Shown here: positions 20,436 through 30,862 of the stretch, piece after piece
Position numbering within the stretch: position 1 is the stretch's first letter
Layout of the letters: each line of letters opens with the position of its first letter
Source of the DNA: an uncultured Candidatus Rokubacteria bacterium
GTDB lineage: Bacteria; Methylomirabilota; Methylomirabilia; Rokubacteriales; CSP1-6
NCBI GenBank assembly: GCA_963771355.1
Contig: CAVYTA010000005.1
Coordinates: 768,001-832,000 of the forward strand
Length of the DNA stretch: 64,000 nucleotides
Direction of reading: 5' to 3'
Translations under genes and position numbers: made by a program
The notes under the pieces: model-generated
Told to the model about the DNA's origin: nothing
What the model saw: only the letters and a program-made list of their open reading frames with translations
The model's database searches: none

Positions 20436-22387
20436 GCCGGTTTCCTCCCCTCGGGCAGGACCGCGAGGGCGGCTCCCAGGGTGAGGATGAACCCGCCGAT
20501 CCACAGCCAGGAGACCATGCGGTTCACCTGCACCTTGACGGTGGCCTGGGAGCCGTCGCGGGCGAAATCGCCCAGCACCAGATAGACGTCCTCGATGAAG
20601 CCCAGCCGGTAGTCCACGTAGGCGATCGGCGTCTGCTCCTGCGGGTAGAACTTCTTGGCCGGGTAGAGGACGGTGGGCCGCCGCGCCCCGTTGGCCACCG
20701 TGAAGGTCCCGGCCACCTTGAAGTGGTTCGACTCCTCGGAGGCGGCGAGGCTGTCGAAGCGGACCTTGTAGCCGGCCAGCTCCACGCTCTCGCCTCGGGA
20801 GAGCGTGGCCTCGGTCTGCCGGGACCAGGCCTGCGAGCCGGCCACGCCGAGGGCCACCACGAGAATGCCCAGGTGCACCACGAAGCCGCCGTAGCGCCGG
20901 TTCTGGCGCACGAGGAGGCCCCAGGTGGCGGACCCCCAGCCGGCGCCGCCGCGCCGGCGGGTCCGGGCGGCGCGCGCGAAGTCCAGCACCATGGTGCCGG
21001 TGACGAACACCACCAGCGCCATGCACAGGAGCACCAGCGCATTGCCCACGCCCAGCGCCCACAGCACCACCGCGGCGACCACGCCCGCGAGCACCGGCTT
21101 GAGGAAGTTGCGGCGGAGGTTGTCGGCGGAGGCGCGCCGCCAGGCGATGAGGGGCCCCACGCCCATGAGGAAGAGGAGGCCCAGGAACAGCGGGATGTTC
21201 ACGAGATTGAAGAAGGGCGCGCCCACGCTCACCTTGGTCCCGCGCAAGGCCTCCGAGAGGAGCGGGAAGATGGTGCCGAAGAAGACGGTGAAGCTGGCGG
21301 CCACGAGGAAGACGTTGTTGAGGAGAAAGGCGGACTCGCGCGAGAGGATCGAGTCGAGCTCGCCCTGGCCCTTGAGGCGCTCCACGCGCCAGGCCAGCAG
21401 CGTGAAGGAGCCCAGCAGCACCAGCGCCAGGAAGGCGAGGAAGAACATGCCGATGGAGCCCTGGGTGAAAGCGTGCACGGATCCGATGATCCCGGAGCGG
21501 GTGAGGAAGGTGCCGAAGAGGGTGAGGCCGAAGGTGAGGATGATGAGGGTGAGGTTCCAGAGCTTGAGCATGCGCCGCCGCTCCTGGATCATCACCGAGT
21601 GCAGGAAGGCGGTGCCGGTGAGCCAGGGCATGAAGGCGGCGTTCTCCACCGGATCCCAGGCCCAGTAGCCGCCCCAGCCGAGCACGTGATAGCTCCACCA
21701 GCCGCCGATCAGGAGGCCCAGCGAGAGGAAATACCAGGCCACGATGGTCCAGCGGCGCGTGATGGTGATCCACTCCTCGCCGGTGCGTCCGAGGCAGAGC
21801 GCGGCGATGGCGAAGGCGAAGGGCACCGTGAAGCCGGTGAAGCCGAGGTAGAGCGCCACCGGGTGCGTGATCATCCCGGAATCCTCGAGCAGCGGGTTGA
21901 GGCCGCGCCCGTCCGCGGGCACCGGGCTCAGCCGCTCGAAGGGGGGGGCGGGCCCGGCCATGACGAGGAGGAAGAAGGCCAGCACGCCCAGCATCACCGC
22001 CAGCACCCAGGGATAGAGGGTGGGCTGGCGGCGCCGGTAGCGGAGCACCACGATGGAGGTGTAGAGCCCGAGCATCCATGCCCAGAGGATGATGGAGCCT
22101 TCCAGCGCTCCCCACACCGCGGTGATCCGGTAGTAGAAGGGCGTGCCGAGATTGGTGTTGGAGGCCACGTAGCGGATGGAGAAGTCGAAGGTGAGGAAGG
22201 CGTACGCGAGCAGCAGCAGCGCGGCGGTGATGAGGGCCCACACGCCGACGGCGGCCCGCTCGGCGGAGACCACGAGGGCGAGCCGCCCGCTGCGCGCGCC
22301 CAGCGCGGCCGCGCCGGCGCCCCAGAGCGCGAGGCCTAGGCCGATGGCGGTCAGCGCATAGCCGATCTCGGGCGCGCCGATCGTCAC
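20432..22387 (-). CDS. ccmF: Heme lyase CcmF
   Basis: WGGYWAWDPVENAA (WWD domain), LTRSGIIGSVHAF, SRESAFLLNN. Confidence 0.95.
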   Translation of the reverse strand: MTIGAPEIGYALTAIGLGLALWGAGAAALGARSGRLALVVSAERAAVGVWALITAALLLLAYAFLTFDFSIRYVASNTNLGTPFYYRITAVWGALEGSIILWAWMLGLYTSIVVLRYRRRQPTLYPWVLAVMLGVLAFFLLVMAGPAPPFERLSPVPADGRGLNPLLEDSGMITHPVALYLGFTGFTVPFAFAIAALCLGRTGEEWITITRRWTIVAWYFLSLGLLIGGWWSYHVLGWGGYWAWDPVENAAFMPWLTGTAFLHSVMIQERRRMLKLWNLTLIILTFGLTLFGTFLTRSGIIGSVHAFTQGSIGMFFLAFLALVLLGSFTLLAWRVERLKGQGELDSILSRESAFLLNNVFLVAASFTVFFGTIFPLLSEALRGTKVSVGAPFFNLVNIPLFLGLLFLMGVGPLIAWRRASADNLRRNFLKPVLAGVVAAVVLWALGVGNALVLLCMALVVFVTGTMVLDFARAARTRRRGGAGWGSATWGLLVRQNRRYGGFVVHLGILVVALGVAGSQAWSRQTEATLSRGESVELAGYKVRFDSLAASEESNHFKVAGTFTVANGARRPTVLYPAKKFYPQEQTPIAYVDYRLGFIEDVYLVLGDFARDGSQATVKVQVNRMVSWLWIGGFILTLGAALAVLPEGRKPA

Positions 22388-22830
22388 TGACGGACCTGGC
22401 TGCCGCGCAGGGACTTCAAGAGCTCTTGATAGCCGGGCGCGGCGCCGTCGTGAGGCGCCTTGTACTCCTCGGAGTGCTTGGCGAGAATGCTCGACGCCCG
22501 GAAGAAGCCCTCGCCGCTCCAGGCGCCTTCCACCACCGCGCCCCGACCCTCGGCGAAGAGATCGGGAGGCGGCCCGACGTGTCGCACCGGCACCGCCGCC
22601 TGGCCGTCCGACAGCACGAAGCGGAGGTCGAGCGATTTGGGCTCCCACTTGAGGCTGCCCGGCTGGACCATGCCGCCCAGGCGATAGCTCTTGCCCGGAG
22701 CGGGCGCGGCCAGGAGCTCCGTCGGCGTGACGAAGTAGACGAGGGACTGGGTCACGCCCGCGTAGATGAGATAGGCGAGGGCGACGAGGATGACGAGCCC
22801 GCCCACGAGAAACTTCGCGCGGCGCTTCAT
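22384..22830 (-). CDS. ccmE: Heme chaperone CcmE
   Basis: YFVTPTE, RLGGMV, PDLFAEG, LAKHSEEY (HxxxY). Confidence 0.95.
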   Translation of the reverse strand: MKRRAKFLVGGLVILVALAYLIYAGVTQSLVYFVTPTELLAAPAPGKSYRLGGMVQPGSLKWEPKSLDLRFVLSDGQAAVPVRHVGPPPDLFAEGRGAVVEGAWSGEGFFRASSILAKHSEEYKAPHDGAAPGYQELLKSLRGSQVRQ

Positions 22831-22985
22831 CGGATGGCCGCCTTTCCGGGGGCCGCCGCCCGCGGGCTCCGGGGTCGGGCGTCGAGCGCGCGCCGCCGGC
22901 GGGCGAGGTGTCGCCAGTAGCCCAGGAGCGCCGCCGCGGAGAGGCCGTAGGCGGCGAGGACATAGCCCCAGTGGTCGGGCATCAT
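22827..22985 (-). CDS. ccmD: Heme exporter protein CcmD
   Basis: Short YVLAAYGL TM plus basic tail, between ccmC and ccmE. Confidence 0.75.
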   Translation of the reverse strand: MMPDHWGYVLAAYGLSAAALLGYWRHLARRRRALDARPRSPRAAAPGKAAIR

Positions 22986-23653
22986 CGGCGTGTCTCCGGC
23001 ACCCACGCGTCCTCGAGGCGCGCGAGCTCCACGCGGCGGAGGAGGAGGTAGAGAAAGAGAAGGGTGAAGGCGACCCAGTTCACGAACAGCGCCGCCGCGA
23101 TGGGCCCGGCGATGGGGGAGGGCTCCGGTCCGAGAATGGTGGAGGGCTGGTGCAGCGCGCGCCACCACTTCACGGAGAAGTGCACGATGGGAATGTTCGC
23201 GGCGCCCACGATGCCGACCACGGCGGCGATGCGGGCGCGCCGCTCGGGCTCGTCCACCATGGCGCGCAGCAGGAGGTAGCCCACGTAGACGAGGAACAGC
23301 ACCGCGGTGGAGGTCAGCCGCGCGTCCCAGGTCCACCAGGTGCCCCAGGTGGGCTTGCCCCAGATGGAGCCGGACACGATGGTGACTCCGGTGAAGAGGA
23401 CGCCGAGCTCGGCGGCCGCCCCGGCCAGCCGATCCCAGCCCGCGCGCCCGGTGGCGAGCGCGCCGATGCTCCCCACCAGGACGAGACCGAAGGCGAGATA
23501 GGCCGTGAGCACCGCGGGCACGTGGACGTACATGATGCGCTGGACATTGCCCTGTACGGCTTCGCGCGGGGCATACCCGAAGCCTGCCGCCAGCCCGGCG
23601 GCGAGGGCCAGGAGGGCGAGCCCGCCCAGGATTCGTGTGGCGCGCGCGCTCAT
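22982..23653 (-). CDS. ccmC: Heme exporter protein CcmC
   Basis: RIMYVHVP, WGKPTWGTWWTWDARLTS, WWRALHQP. Confidence 0.95.
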   Translation of the reverse strand: MSARATRILGGLALLALAAGLAAGFGYAPREAVQGNVQRIMYVHVPAVLTAYLAFGLVLVGSIGALATGRAGWDRLAGAAAELGVLFTGVTIVSGSIWGKPTWGTWWTWDARLTSTAVLFLVYVGYLLLRAMVDEPERRARIAAVVGIVGAANIPIVHFSVKWWRALHQPSTILGPEPSPIAGPIAAALFVNWVAFTLLFLYLLLRRVELARLEDAWVPETRR

Positions 23654-24330
23654 GCGTCCAGGACGAACTCGAAGGTGAGGAGCCCGATCACGAGATAGAC
23701 GAGGTCGGCGCCGGCCAGCAGCCGCAGCCAGGCGGCGGCGTCCCCCAGCGGCTGTCCCGCCAGGACGATCTGCGTGGCGCTGACGGTGGCCAGCAGCACC
23801 GGGACCTGCACGGGCAGGAGCAGGACGGGAAAGAGCAGCTCGCGGGCCCGCACGCCGGCGGTGAGCGCGGCGAAGAGCGTGCCCACGGTGGCCAGCCCCA
23901 GCGTCCCCAGCGCGAGCACGACGGCAAGGGGCCCCGCCACGCTCACGAGGTCCACGTTGTAGAACAGGCCGAACAACGCCAGGATCACCACCTCCACCGC
24001 GCCCATCACCACCAGGTTGGCGGCCAGCTTGCCGAGGTAGATCGCCGACTTGTCCCCGGGCGTGAGCCGCAGGCCGTCCCAGCAGTCATTGTCCCGCTCC
24101 GCCACGAAGCTGCGCCCGAGGCCGAGCAGGCCCGCGAGCACGAAGCCGAGCCAGAGCAGCCCGGGCAGCGCCGCGTGCAGCCGCTCCCGATCAGGGCCCA
24201 GCGCGAACTGGAAGAGGAAGAGGAGGAGCAGCGCGAAGAAGAGAAGGGCGTTGAGGCTCTCCTTCGACCGCCGCTCTACCAGCAGGTCCTTCCACAGCAC
24301 GATCCAGGTGCGGCGGGCGTAGGCGATCAT
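23650..24330 (-). CDS. ccmB: Heme exporter protein CcmB
   Basis: WKDLLVERR, RELLFPVLLLP; polytopic membrane protein. Confidence 0.9.
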   Translation of the reverse strand: MIAYARRTWIVLWKDLLVERRSKESLNALLFFALLLLFLFQFALGPDRERLHAALPGLLWLGFVLAGLLGLGRSFVAERDNDCWDGLRLTPGDKSAIYLGKLAANLVVMGAVEVVILALFGLFYNVDLVSVAGPLAVVLALGTLGLATVGTLFAALTAGVRARELLFPVLLLPVQVPVLLATVSATQIVLAGQPLGDAAAWLRLLAGADLVYLVIGLLTFEFVLDA

Positions 24331-25037
24331 GGCGCCCCCGCGCCCTCGACCATGGCGTCATAGACGCGATGCAGCTCGTCGAGGGCCAGGCCGGCGGTGG
24401 GCCGGTCGAGGAGGACGCGCCCGCTCGCGAGGATGATCACGCGGTCCGCCACCGCGAGCCCGCCGCCGAAGCTATGCGTGGTGAGGACCACGGTGCCCCC
24501 CGCCGCCTTGAAGGCCAGCAGGAACTCGACGAGCCATTTCTGCCCGTGGCGATCCAGGCCGGTGAAGGGCTCGTCGAGGAGCAGCAGCGGTACCCGTCCC
24601 AGGGTGACGCGCGCGAGGCCGAGCCGTCGCTTCATCCCCGCCGAGAACGTGCGGGCCCGCTCGTCCGCCACCGCCTCCAGCTCGACGGCCTGCAGGCGCT
24701 CCCGCAGGTGCGCGGGCGAGGCGTCGAGGCCGCCCATCACCCCCCAGAAGCGGAGGTTCTCCCGCGCGGTGAGATCCTCGTACACGAAGGAGCCGTGCGC
24801 CACCATCCCCACCTGGGCGCGCACCGCATCCGGATCCCGGAGCGCATCGACGCCACCCACGCGGAGGCTACCCGCGCCCGGGCGCACCAGTCCCGCCAGG
24901 ATGCGGAGCAGGGTGGTCTTGCCGGCGCCGTTCGGGCCGAGCAGGGCCAGACACCGGCCGGCGGGCAGCGCCAGCGAGACGTCGTCGAGCACGAGCGTCG
25001 CGCCGTACGACTTCCGGAGACCCGCGGCTTCGATCAC
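24327..25037 (-). CDS. ccmA: Heme ABC exporter ATPase CcmA
   Basis: GPNGAGKTT, FSAGMKRR, LLLDEPFTGLD. Confidence 0.92.
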   Translation of the reverse strand: MIEAAGLRKSYGATLVLDDVSLALPAGRCLALLGPNGAGKTTLLRILAGLVRPGAGSLRVGGVDALRDPDAVRAQVGMVAHGSFVYEDLTARENLRFWGVMGGLDASPAHLRERLQAVELEAVADERARTFSAGMKRRLGLARVTLGRVPLLLLDEPFTGLDRHGQKWLVEFLLAFKAAGGTVVLTTHSFGGGLAVADRVIILASGRVLLDRPTAGLALDELHRVYDAMVEGAGAP

Positions 25038-25042
25038 GTCAC

Positions 25043-25077
25043 AAAAAAAGGAGGGAGACGGTGCATCGTCTCCCTCC
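25043..25077 (-). terminator. Rho-independent terminator after htpX
   Basis: 11-bp stem GGAGGGAGACG/CGTCTCCCTCC followed by T7 on the minus strand. Confidence 0.85.
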
Positions 25078-25091
25078 GAGGCGATGTCGGC

Positions 25092-25952
25092 TCAGCGGGA
25101 GGGAGCCATGGCGCGAAGCCGCGCGATACGCTCCTCGACCGACGGATGCGTCGAGAAGAGGCTCTGCAGCATGCCGCCGCGCAGGGGATTGACGATGAAC
25201 AGATGGGCGGTGGCCGGCGTGGCGTGCATGGGCATGGCCTTGGACGCCATCTCCAGCTTCTCCAGGGCCTCCGCGAGCCCCCACGGCTTGCCGGCGATCT
25301 GCGCCCCGGTGGCGTCCGCGTGGAACTCCCGCGCCCGCGAGATCGCCAGCTGCACCAGCATGGCCGCGATGGGGGCGACGATGGCGAGGAGGAGGGTGCC
25401 GAACACGCCCCCGCCGTGGCCCTCGTCGTCGCTGTCCCGCCGCCCGCCGCCGAAGATCGCGGCGAACTGGGCCATCTGGGCCAGGTAGGTGATGGCCCCG
25501 GCCAGGGTGGCGGCGATGGTCATGATGAGCGTGTCCCGGTTCTTCACGTGCGACAGCTCATGGGCGATCACACCTTCCAGCTGGTCGCGGTCGAGAATGC
25601 GCAGAAGACCTTCCGTCACCGCGATCGCCGCGTGTTCCGGGTTGCGGCCGGTGGCGAAGGCATTGGGCGTGTCGCCTGGGATGATGTACACCTTCGGCAT
25701 GGGAATGCCGGCCCGGGTCACGAGGTTCCGCACGATCCCGTAGAGCTGGGGAGCCTGTGCCTCATCCACGGGCTGGGCCCGGTACATGGCCAGCACCATC
25801 TTGTCCGAGAACCAGTAGCTGACGAAGTTCATGACCAGAGCCAGGCCGAAGGCCATGATCATGCCCTGCTGGCCTCCGAGAGCCTGGCCAATCAGTACGA
25901 CGAGACAGGTGAGGACGGCGAGCAGCAGTCCGGTTTTAAAGACATTTCCCAT
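25092..25952 (-). CDS. htpX: Zinc metalloprotease HtpX (M48)
   Basis: [16 protein letters not shown] (HExxH), [16 protein letters not shown]. Confidence 0.96.
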   Translation of the reverse strand: MGNVFKTGLLLAVLTCLVVLIGQALGGQQGMIMAFGLALVMNFVSYWFSDKMVLAMYRAQPVDEAQAPQLYGIVRNLVTRAGIPMPKVYIIPGDTPNAFATGRNPEHAAIAVTEGLLRILDRDQLEGVIAHELSHVKNRDTLIMTIAATLAGAITYLAQMAQFAAIFGGGRRDSDDEGHGGGVFGTLLLAIVAPIAAMLVQLAISRAREFHADATGAQIAGKPWGLAEALEKLEMASKAMPMHATPATAHLFIVNPLRGGMLQSLFSTHPSVEERIARLRAMAPSR

Positions 25953-25973
25953 GGCGATCGACCTCCCGATCGC

Positions 25974-26002
25974 ATGCTAACAGCCACCCCCCCGACCGTC
26001 AA
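25974..26002 (-). promoter_or_regulatory. sigma70 promoter for htpX
   Basis: TTGACG-N17-TAGCAT on the minus strand. Confidence 0.6.
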
Positions 26003-26030
26003 GCAACCGCCGTCCCAGGGGCATTTTGGG

Positions 26031-26059
26031 TTGACATCCCTATACCCCGAGCATATACT
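26031..26059 (+). promoter_or_regulatory. sigma70 promoter for the yceD-rpmF-plsX-fab operon
   Basis: TTGACA-N17-TATACT. Confidence 0.8.
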
Positions 26060-26114
26060 GGCCCGGTTGTTGAAAAATCCCTTGTTTGTCGAATCTTTAA
26101 CCGAGGTTTTGCCC

Positions 26115-26627
26115 ATGATCATCCGGCTCTCCGAGATTCCCGCCGAGGGCATCCGGATCGACGGACCCGAGGCCTTTCCGCGTCCATTCGCCGACCCCAC
26201 CTGGACGCTCGACGGGGTGGCGCTGGCGCTGGAGAAGGACGCCGACGCCGTCTTCGTCCGGGGCACTCTCGAAGCCCGCGTCCCGCTGGTGTGCGGTCGC
26301 TGTCTGGAGCCGTTCGACCTCCACGTGTCACAGGAGGTCGACACGCGTTTTCTTCCCGCGCCGGAGGGCCGGGCGGAAGAGCGCGAGCTCGCCTCCGACG
26401 ATCTGGAAACCGACGTGTACGCCCACGACCAGCTGGATCTGGGCGCGCTGGTGGAGACCGAGACCACCTTGGCGCTGCCCATGAAGCCGCTCTGCCGCGA
26501 GGACTGCCGGGGGCTGTGCTCGGTGTGCGGCGGAAACCGAAACGTGACGGCCTGTGCCTGCCCCGAGCCCGCCTCCGCTTCACGCTGGGCGCCACTGAAG
26601 GGCCTCGCCGACCGACTCCCACGATAG
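26115..26627 (+). CDS. yceD: DUF177/YceD family protein
   Basis: CGRCL..LALPMKPLCREDCRGLCSVCG; upstream of rpmF. Confidence 0.9.
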   Translation: MIIRLSEIPAEGIRIDGPEAFPRPFADPTWTLDGVALALEKDADAVFVRGTLEARVPLVCGRCLEPFDLHVSQEVDTRFLPAPEGRAEERELASDDLETDVYAHDQLDLGALVETETTLALPMKPLCREDCRGLCSVCGGNRNVTACACPEPASASRWAPLKGLADRLPR

Positions 26628-26640
26628 GAGCCCAACGCCC

Positions 26641-26823
26641 ATGCCGCTGCCCAAGCGACGTCACTCGAGAACTCGCGGCAAGAAGCGCCGCACGCACTAC
26701 AAGATGGTCGCGCCCACCCGCTCCGTCTGCCCACAATGCCGCGAGGTGAAGCTCCCGCATCAGATCTGCCCGCACTGTGGCTTCTACAAGGGACGCGAGG
26801 TTCTGACCGTCGAGGGTGAGTAG
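26641..26823 (+). CDS. rpmF: 50S ribosomal protein L32 (Zn-ribbon type)
   Basis: MPLPKRRHSRTR..CPQC..CPHCGFYKGR. Confidence 0.97.
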   Translation: MPLPKRRHSRTRGKKRRTHYKMVAPTRSVCPQCREVKLPHQICPHCGFYKGREVLTVEGE

Positions 26824-26845
26824 CGTCCGCGCCGGGCCTTCGCCC

Positions 26846-27871
26846 ATGAAGATCGCGCTCGATGCCATGGGAGGCGACTTCGGGCCCGCGGTGGTCGTGG
26901 AAGGCGCCGTGGTGGCCGCCCGCGAGCTCGGGGTGTCCTCGGTGCTGGTGGGTGACAAGGCCGCGATCGAGCGCGAGATCGTCCGGCTGGGGGCCCAGGA
27001 GCTCCCGCTCAGCATCCGCCATGCCTCCCAGGTGGTGAGCATGGCGGAGTCGCCGGTGCAGGCGCTCCGCCGCAAGCGCGACTCCTCGCTCCGCGTGGCC
27101 GCCGAGCTGGTGAAGGACGGCGAGTGTCAGGCGCTCGTCTCCGCCGGCAATACCGGAGCCGCCCTGGCCATTGGCATGTTCGTCCTCGGCGTCCTCCCCG
27201 GCGTCGAGCGCCCCGCCATCGCCACCACGCTGCCGAGCCTGGCCGGATACACCGTCCTCATCGACTCCGGCGCCAACGTGGACCCCAAGCCCCGCCACCT
27301 CTTCCAGTTCGCGGTGATGGGGCACGTCTATTCGCGCGACATCGTCGGCAAGGATCATCCAAGAGTGGGTCTTCTCTCGGTGGGTGAGGAAGAGGGCAAG
27401 GGAAACGAGCTGGTCAAGGACACCTTCGAGAGCCTGCGCGGCTCGTCGCTGAACTTCATCGGCAACATCGAGGGTCGCGACATCTACAACGGACGGTGCG
27501 ACGTGGTGGTGACGGACGGCTTCACCGGCAACGTGTGCCTGAAGGTGTCCGAGAGCCTCGCGGAGATGCTGACCTCCATGATCCGCGAGGAGCTGACGCG
27601 GGACGTGCTGTCCAAGGCGGGCGCGGTGCTCGCGCAGCGTGCCTTCGCGCGCATGAAGCGACGGGTGGACTACACCGAGATGGGGGGGGCGCCACTGCTC
27701 GGCATCAACGGTGCCTCCATCATCTGCCACGGCGCCTCGCCGGTGAAGGCGATCAAGAACGCGCTGCGCGTGGCCACCGAGTGGGTTCGCAACGACGTCA
27801 ACGACCACATCAAGACCGCGCTCGAGGCCGAATCGGTCCTCGCCGAGGGGCGCGAGGGAGGCCGCGAATGA
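26846..27871 (+). CDS. plsX: Phosphate acyltransferase
   Basis: MKIALDAMGGD, SAGNTGA, DGFTGNVCLK. Confidence 0.97.
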   Translation: MKIALDAMGGDFGPAVVVEGAVVAARELGVSSVLVGDKAAIEREIVRLGAQELPLSIRHASQVVSMAESPVQALRRKRDSSLRVAAELVKDGECQALVSAGNTGAALAIGMFVLGVLPGVERPAIATTLPSLAGYTVLIDSGANVDPKPRHLFQFAVMGHVYSRDIVGKDHPRVGLLSVGEEEGKGNELVKDTFESLRGSSLNFIGNIEGRDIYNGRCDVVVTDGFTGNVCLKVSESLAEMLTSMIREELTRDVLSKAGAVLAQRAFARMKRRVDYTEMGGAPLLGINGASIICHGASPVKAIKNALRVATEWVRNDVNDHIKTALEAESVLAEGREGGRE

Positions 27872-28848
27872 AGCGTGCCAAGATCGTGGGCGTGGGCGCT
27901 TACGCTCCCAAGCGGATCCTCACCAACGCCGAGCTGGAGAAGATGGTGGACACGTCGGACGAGTGGATCGTCCAGCGCACCGGCATTCGCGAGCGCCACA
28001 TCGTCGACGAGAGCGAGGCCACCTCCGATCTCGCCCTCCGCGCCGCCCAGCAGGCGCTGGAGCGCGCGGGGGTGGAGCCGGGCGAGATCGACTTCATCGT
28101 GGTGGGGACCACCACCGGCGACATGGCCTTCCCCACCACCGCCAACATCCTCCAGCACCGCCTGGGCTGCCGCAACGCGGGCTCCATCGACGTCTATGCC
28201 GCGTGCGCGGGTTCCGTGTACAGCCTCTCCGTCGGCGCGCAGTACATCCAGACCGAGAAGTACCGCACGGTGCTGTGCGTGGGCGCGGAGTGCCTGTCGC
28301 GCATCACCGACTACACCGACCGCGGCACGTGCATCCTCCTCGCCGACGCGGCGGGGGCGGTGGTGCTCCGTCCGTCGGAGGACGAGTCCGGCCTCATCGA
28401 CACCGATCTCTACTCCGACGGAAAGTACTGGGAGTTCCTCTACCAGCCGGGAGGCGGCGCGCGGCATCCCGCCACCCACGAAACGGTGGACAAGCGGATG
28501 CACTTCGCGAAGATGAAGGGGAACGAGGTGTTCAAGGTGGCGGTCCGGATGTTCGGCGAGGCCGCCGAGCGCATCCTCACCCGCAACGGCTTCACCTCCG
28601 ACGACCTCGATCTCTTCATCCCCCATCAGGCCAATCTCCGGATCATCGAGGCGGCGGTGAAGCGCCTCAAGGTCCCGATGGACAAGGTCATGATCAACGT
28701 GGACCGCTACGGGAACACCGGTGCCGCCTCCGTCTATGTCGCGCTGGAAGAGGCCTGGTCGTCCAAGCGGCTCAGCACCGGCGATCTCGTGCTCCTCGCC
28801 GCCTTCGGCGGCGGCTTCACCTGGGGCGCCGCGCTCCTCCGCTGGTAG
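27868..28848 (+). CDS. fabH: Beta-ketoacyl-ACP synthase III
   Basis: AACAG, PHQANLRI, YGNT catalytic triad; GGGFTWG. Confidence 0.95.
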   Translation: MKRAKIVGVGAYAPKRILTNAELEKMVDTSDEWIVQRTGIRERHIVDESEATSDLALRAAQQALERAGVEPGEIDFIVVGTTTGDMAFPTTANILQHRLGCRNAGSIDVYAACAGSVYSLSVGAQYIQTEKYRTVLCVGAECLSRITDYTDRGTCILLADAAGAVVLRPSEDESGLIDTDLYSDGKYWEFLYQPGGGARHPATHETVDKRMHFAKMKGNEVFKVAVRMFGEAAERILTRNGFTSDDLDLFIPHQANLRIIEAAVKRLKVPMDKVMINVDRYGNTGAASVYVALEEAWSSKRLSTGDLVLLAAFGGGFTWGAALLRW

Positions 28849-28855
28849 GCCCCGC

Positions 28856-29800
28856 GTGAGCATCGCGTTTCTTTTCCCGGGACAGGGGTCCCAGGCGGTG
28901 GGCATGGGCCAAGATCTGGCGCAGGCGTCGGCCGCCGCCGCCGCGGTGTGGAAGGAGGCGGATGCCGCGCTGGGCTTCCCGCTCTCGCGGCTGGCGTTCG
29001 AGGGCCCGGAGTCGGACCTCGCCCTCACCGCCAACACCCAGCCCGCCGTCCTCACCGCCAGCGTGGCCGCCGCCGCCGCGCTTGCCGAGCACGGCATCCG
29101 GCCGGGCCTCGCCGCGGGTCATAGCCTGGGGGAATACTCCGCCCTGGTGGTGGCGGGCGCGCTCGACTTCGCGGAGGCGGTGCGCCTGGTGCGGCGTCGC
29201 GGCGAGTTCATGCAGGAAGCGGTGCCGGTGGGTATGGGCGCCATGGCCGCGCTCCTCGGCGTCGAGCTCGCGGTGGCGGAGGAAGCGTGCGCGGCGGCCG
29301 CCCAGGGTGACGTGGTGGGAGTGGCCAATATCAACTCGCCGGGCCAGATCGTCATCGCCGGACATCGCGGCGCGGTGGAGCGGGCGGTGAAGGCGGTGGC
29401 CGAGCGCGGGGGCAAGAAGAGCATGCTGCTCCCGGTGAGCGCGCCTTTCCACTGTGCCCTCATGAAGCCGGCGGCGGACCGGCTCGCCGCCGAGCTCGAG
29501 CGCCTGCGAGTGTCCGCGCCGCGCTTCCCGGTGGTTCGCAACGTGGATGCGGGGGTCACCACCACCGCCGAGGAGGTGAAGCCGTTCCTCGTGCGCCAGG
29601 TGGCCAGCCCGGTGCGGTGGACGGACGGCCTCGCGCGCCTGGCCCGCGAGGGGGCGGACGTGTGGATCGAGGTCGGCCCCGGCCGGGTGCTCACGGGGCT
29701 GCTCAAGCGCACCCTGGACGGGGCGCGCGGTCACTCCGTGGAAGACGTCGCGTCGCTGGAGAAGACGCGGGAGGCGGTGACGGGCGGGGCCGGCGCGTGA
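28856..29800 (+). CDS. fabD: Malonyl-CoA:ACP transacylase
   Basis: [20 protein letters not shown]. Confidence 0.96.
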   Translation: MSIAFLFPGQGSQAVGMGQDLAQASAAAAAVWKEADAALGFPLSRLAFEGPESDLALTANTQPAVLTASVAAAAALAEHGIRPGLAAGHSLGEYSALVVAGALDFAEAVRLVRRRGEFMQEAVPVGMGAMAALLGVELAVAEEACAAAAQGDVVGVANINSPGQIVIAGHRGAVERAVKAVAERGGKKSMLLPVSAPFHCALMKPAADRLAAELERLRVSAPRFPVVRNVDAGVTTTAEEVKPFLVRQVASPVRWTDGLARLAREGADVWIEVGPGRVLTGLLKRTLDGARGHSVEDVASLEKTREAVTGGAGA

Positions 29801-30549
29801 CGGACACCAAGCCGCTGGCAGGCCGGGTGGCGATGGTCACCGGCGGGACGCGCGGGATCGGCCTGGCCATCGCCCGGCTGCTGGCAGACGACGGGGCTTC
29901 CGTGGTAGTCTCTGGCCGCGATCCGGGCCGGCTCGAGAGCGCGGCGAAAGAGCTGGAAGCATTGGGGGCAAGCGTGCTCGCGGTGGCGGCGGACGCGGCC
30001 AAGCGCGAGGATGCGGATCGCTTGGTGGAGGCCGCCCGGGAGCGCTTCGGCCGCATCGACGTGCTCGTGAACAACGCAGGCATCACCCGGGACCAGCTGC
30101 TCGTGCGGATGAAGGACGACGACTGGGACACGGTGATGGAGACGAACCTGCGCGGCGTGTTCCTCATGACGCGCGCGGTGGGGAAGGTGATGATGCGGCA
30201 GAAGAGCGGCCGCATGATCAACATCTCGTCGGCGGCGGGGGCGATGGGGAATCCGGGGCAGGTGAACTACTCCGCGGCCAAGGCGGGCGTGATCGGGCTC
30301 TCCAAGGCGGCGGCGCGCGAGCTGGCGCATTGGAACATCCTGGTCAACGCGGTGGCGCCGGGGCTCATCGAGACGGACATGACGGCGACGATCTCGGCCG
30401 AGGCCCGCGAGGGCCTCATGCAACAGGTCCCGCTGAAGCGGATCGGAACGGCGAGGGAGGTGGCCGAGGTCGTGCGGTTCCTGGCCGGGGACGGGGCCGG
30501 ATACATCACCGGCCAGGTCATCCACGTCAACGGCGGACTGTACATGTAA
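29797..30549 (+). CDS. fabG: 3-oxoacyl-ACP reductase
   Basis: [23 protein letters not shown]; operon context. Confidence 0.95.
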   Translation: MTDTKPLAGRVAMVTGGTRGIGLAIARLLADDGASVVVSGRDPGRLESAAKELEALGASVLAVAADAAKREDADRLVEAARERFGRIDVLVNNAGITRDQLLVRMKDDDWDTVMETNLRGVFLMTRAVGKVMMRQKSGRMINISSAAGAMGNPGQVNYSAAKAGVIGLSKAAARELAHWNILVNAVAPGLIETDMTATISAEAREGLMQQVPLKRIGTAREVAEVVRFLAGDGAGYITGQVIHVNGGLYM

Positions 30550-30617
30550 CGTCGCGCGCGGCGCGCGACGACTCACGCGGGGATGGCGGCACCACAGCGT
30601 GCCATGAGGAGGTGTTG

Positions 30618-30854
30618 ATGACCAAGCCAGTAGACGAGCGGGTGAAGGAGATCATCTGTGACAACCTCGGCGTCCGGCCGGACGAGGTCGTGGCGGAGGC
30701 GAAGTTCATCGAGGACCTGAATGCCGACTCTCTCGACACGGTGGAGCTGGTGATGGCCTTCGAGGAGGAGTTCGGGCTCGAGATCCCGGACGAGGACGCG
30801 GAGAAGATCACCACCGTGGGTGATGCCGTCCGCTACATCAAGGAGAAGGTCTGA
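30618..30854 (+). CDS. acpP: Acyl carrier protein
   Basis: [29 protein letters not shown]. Confidence 0.97.
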   Translation: MTKPVDERVKEIICDNLGVRPDEVVAEAKFIEDLNADSLDTVELVMAFEEEFGLEIPDEDAEKITTVGDAVRYIKEKV

Positions 30855-30862
30855 GCGGGACG

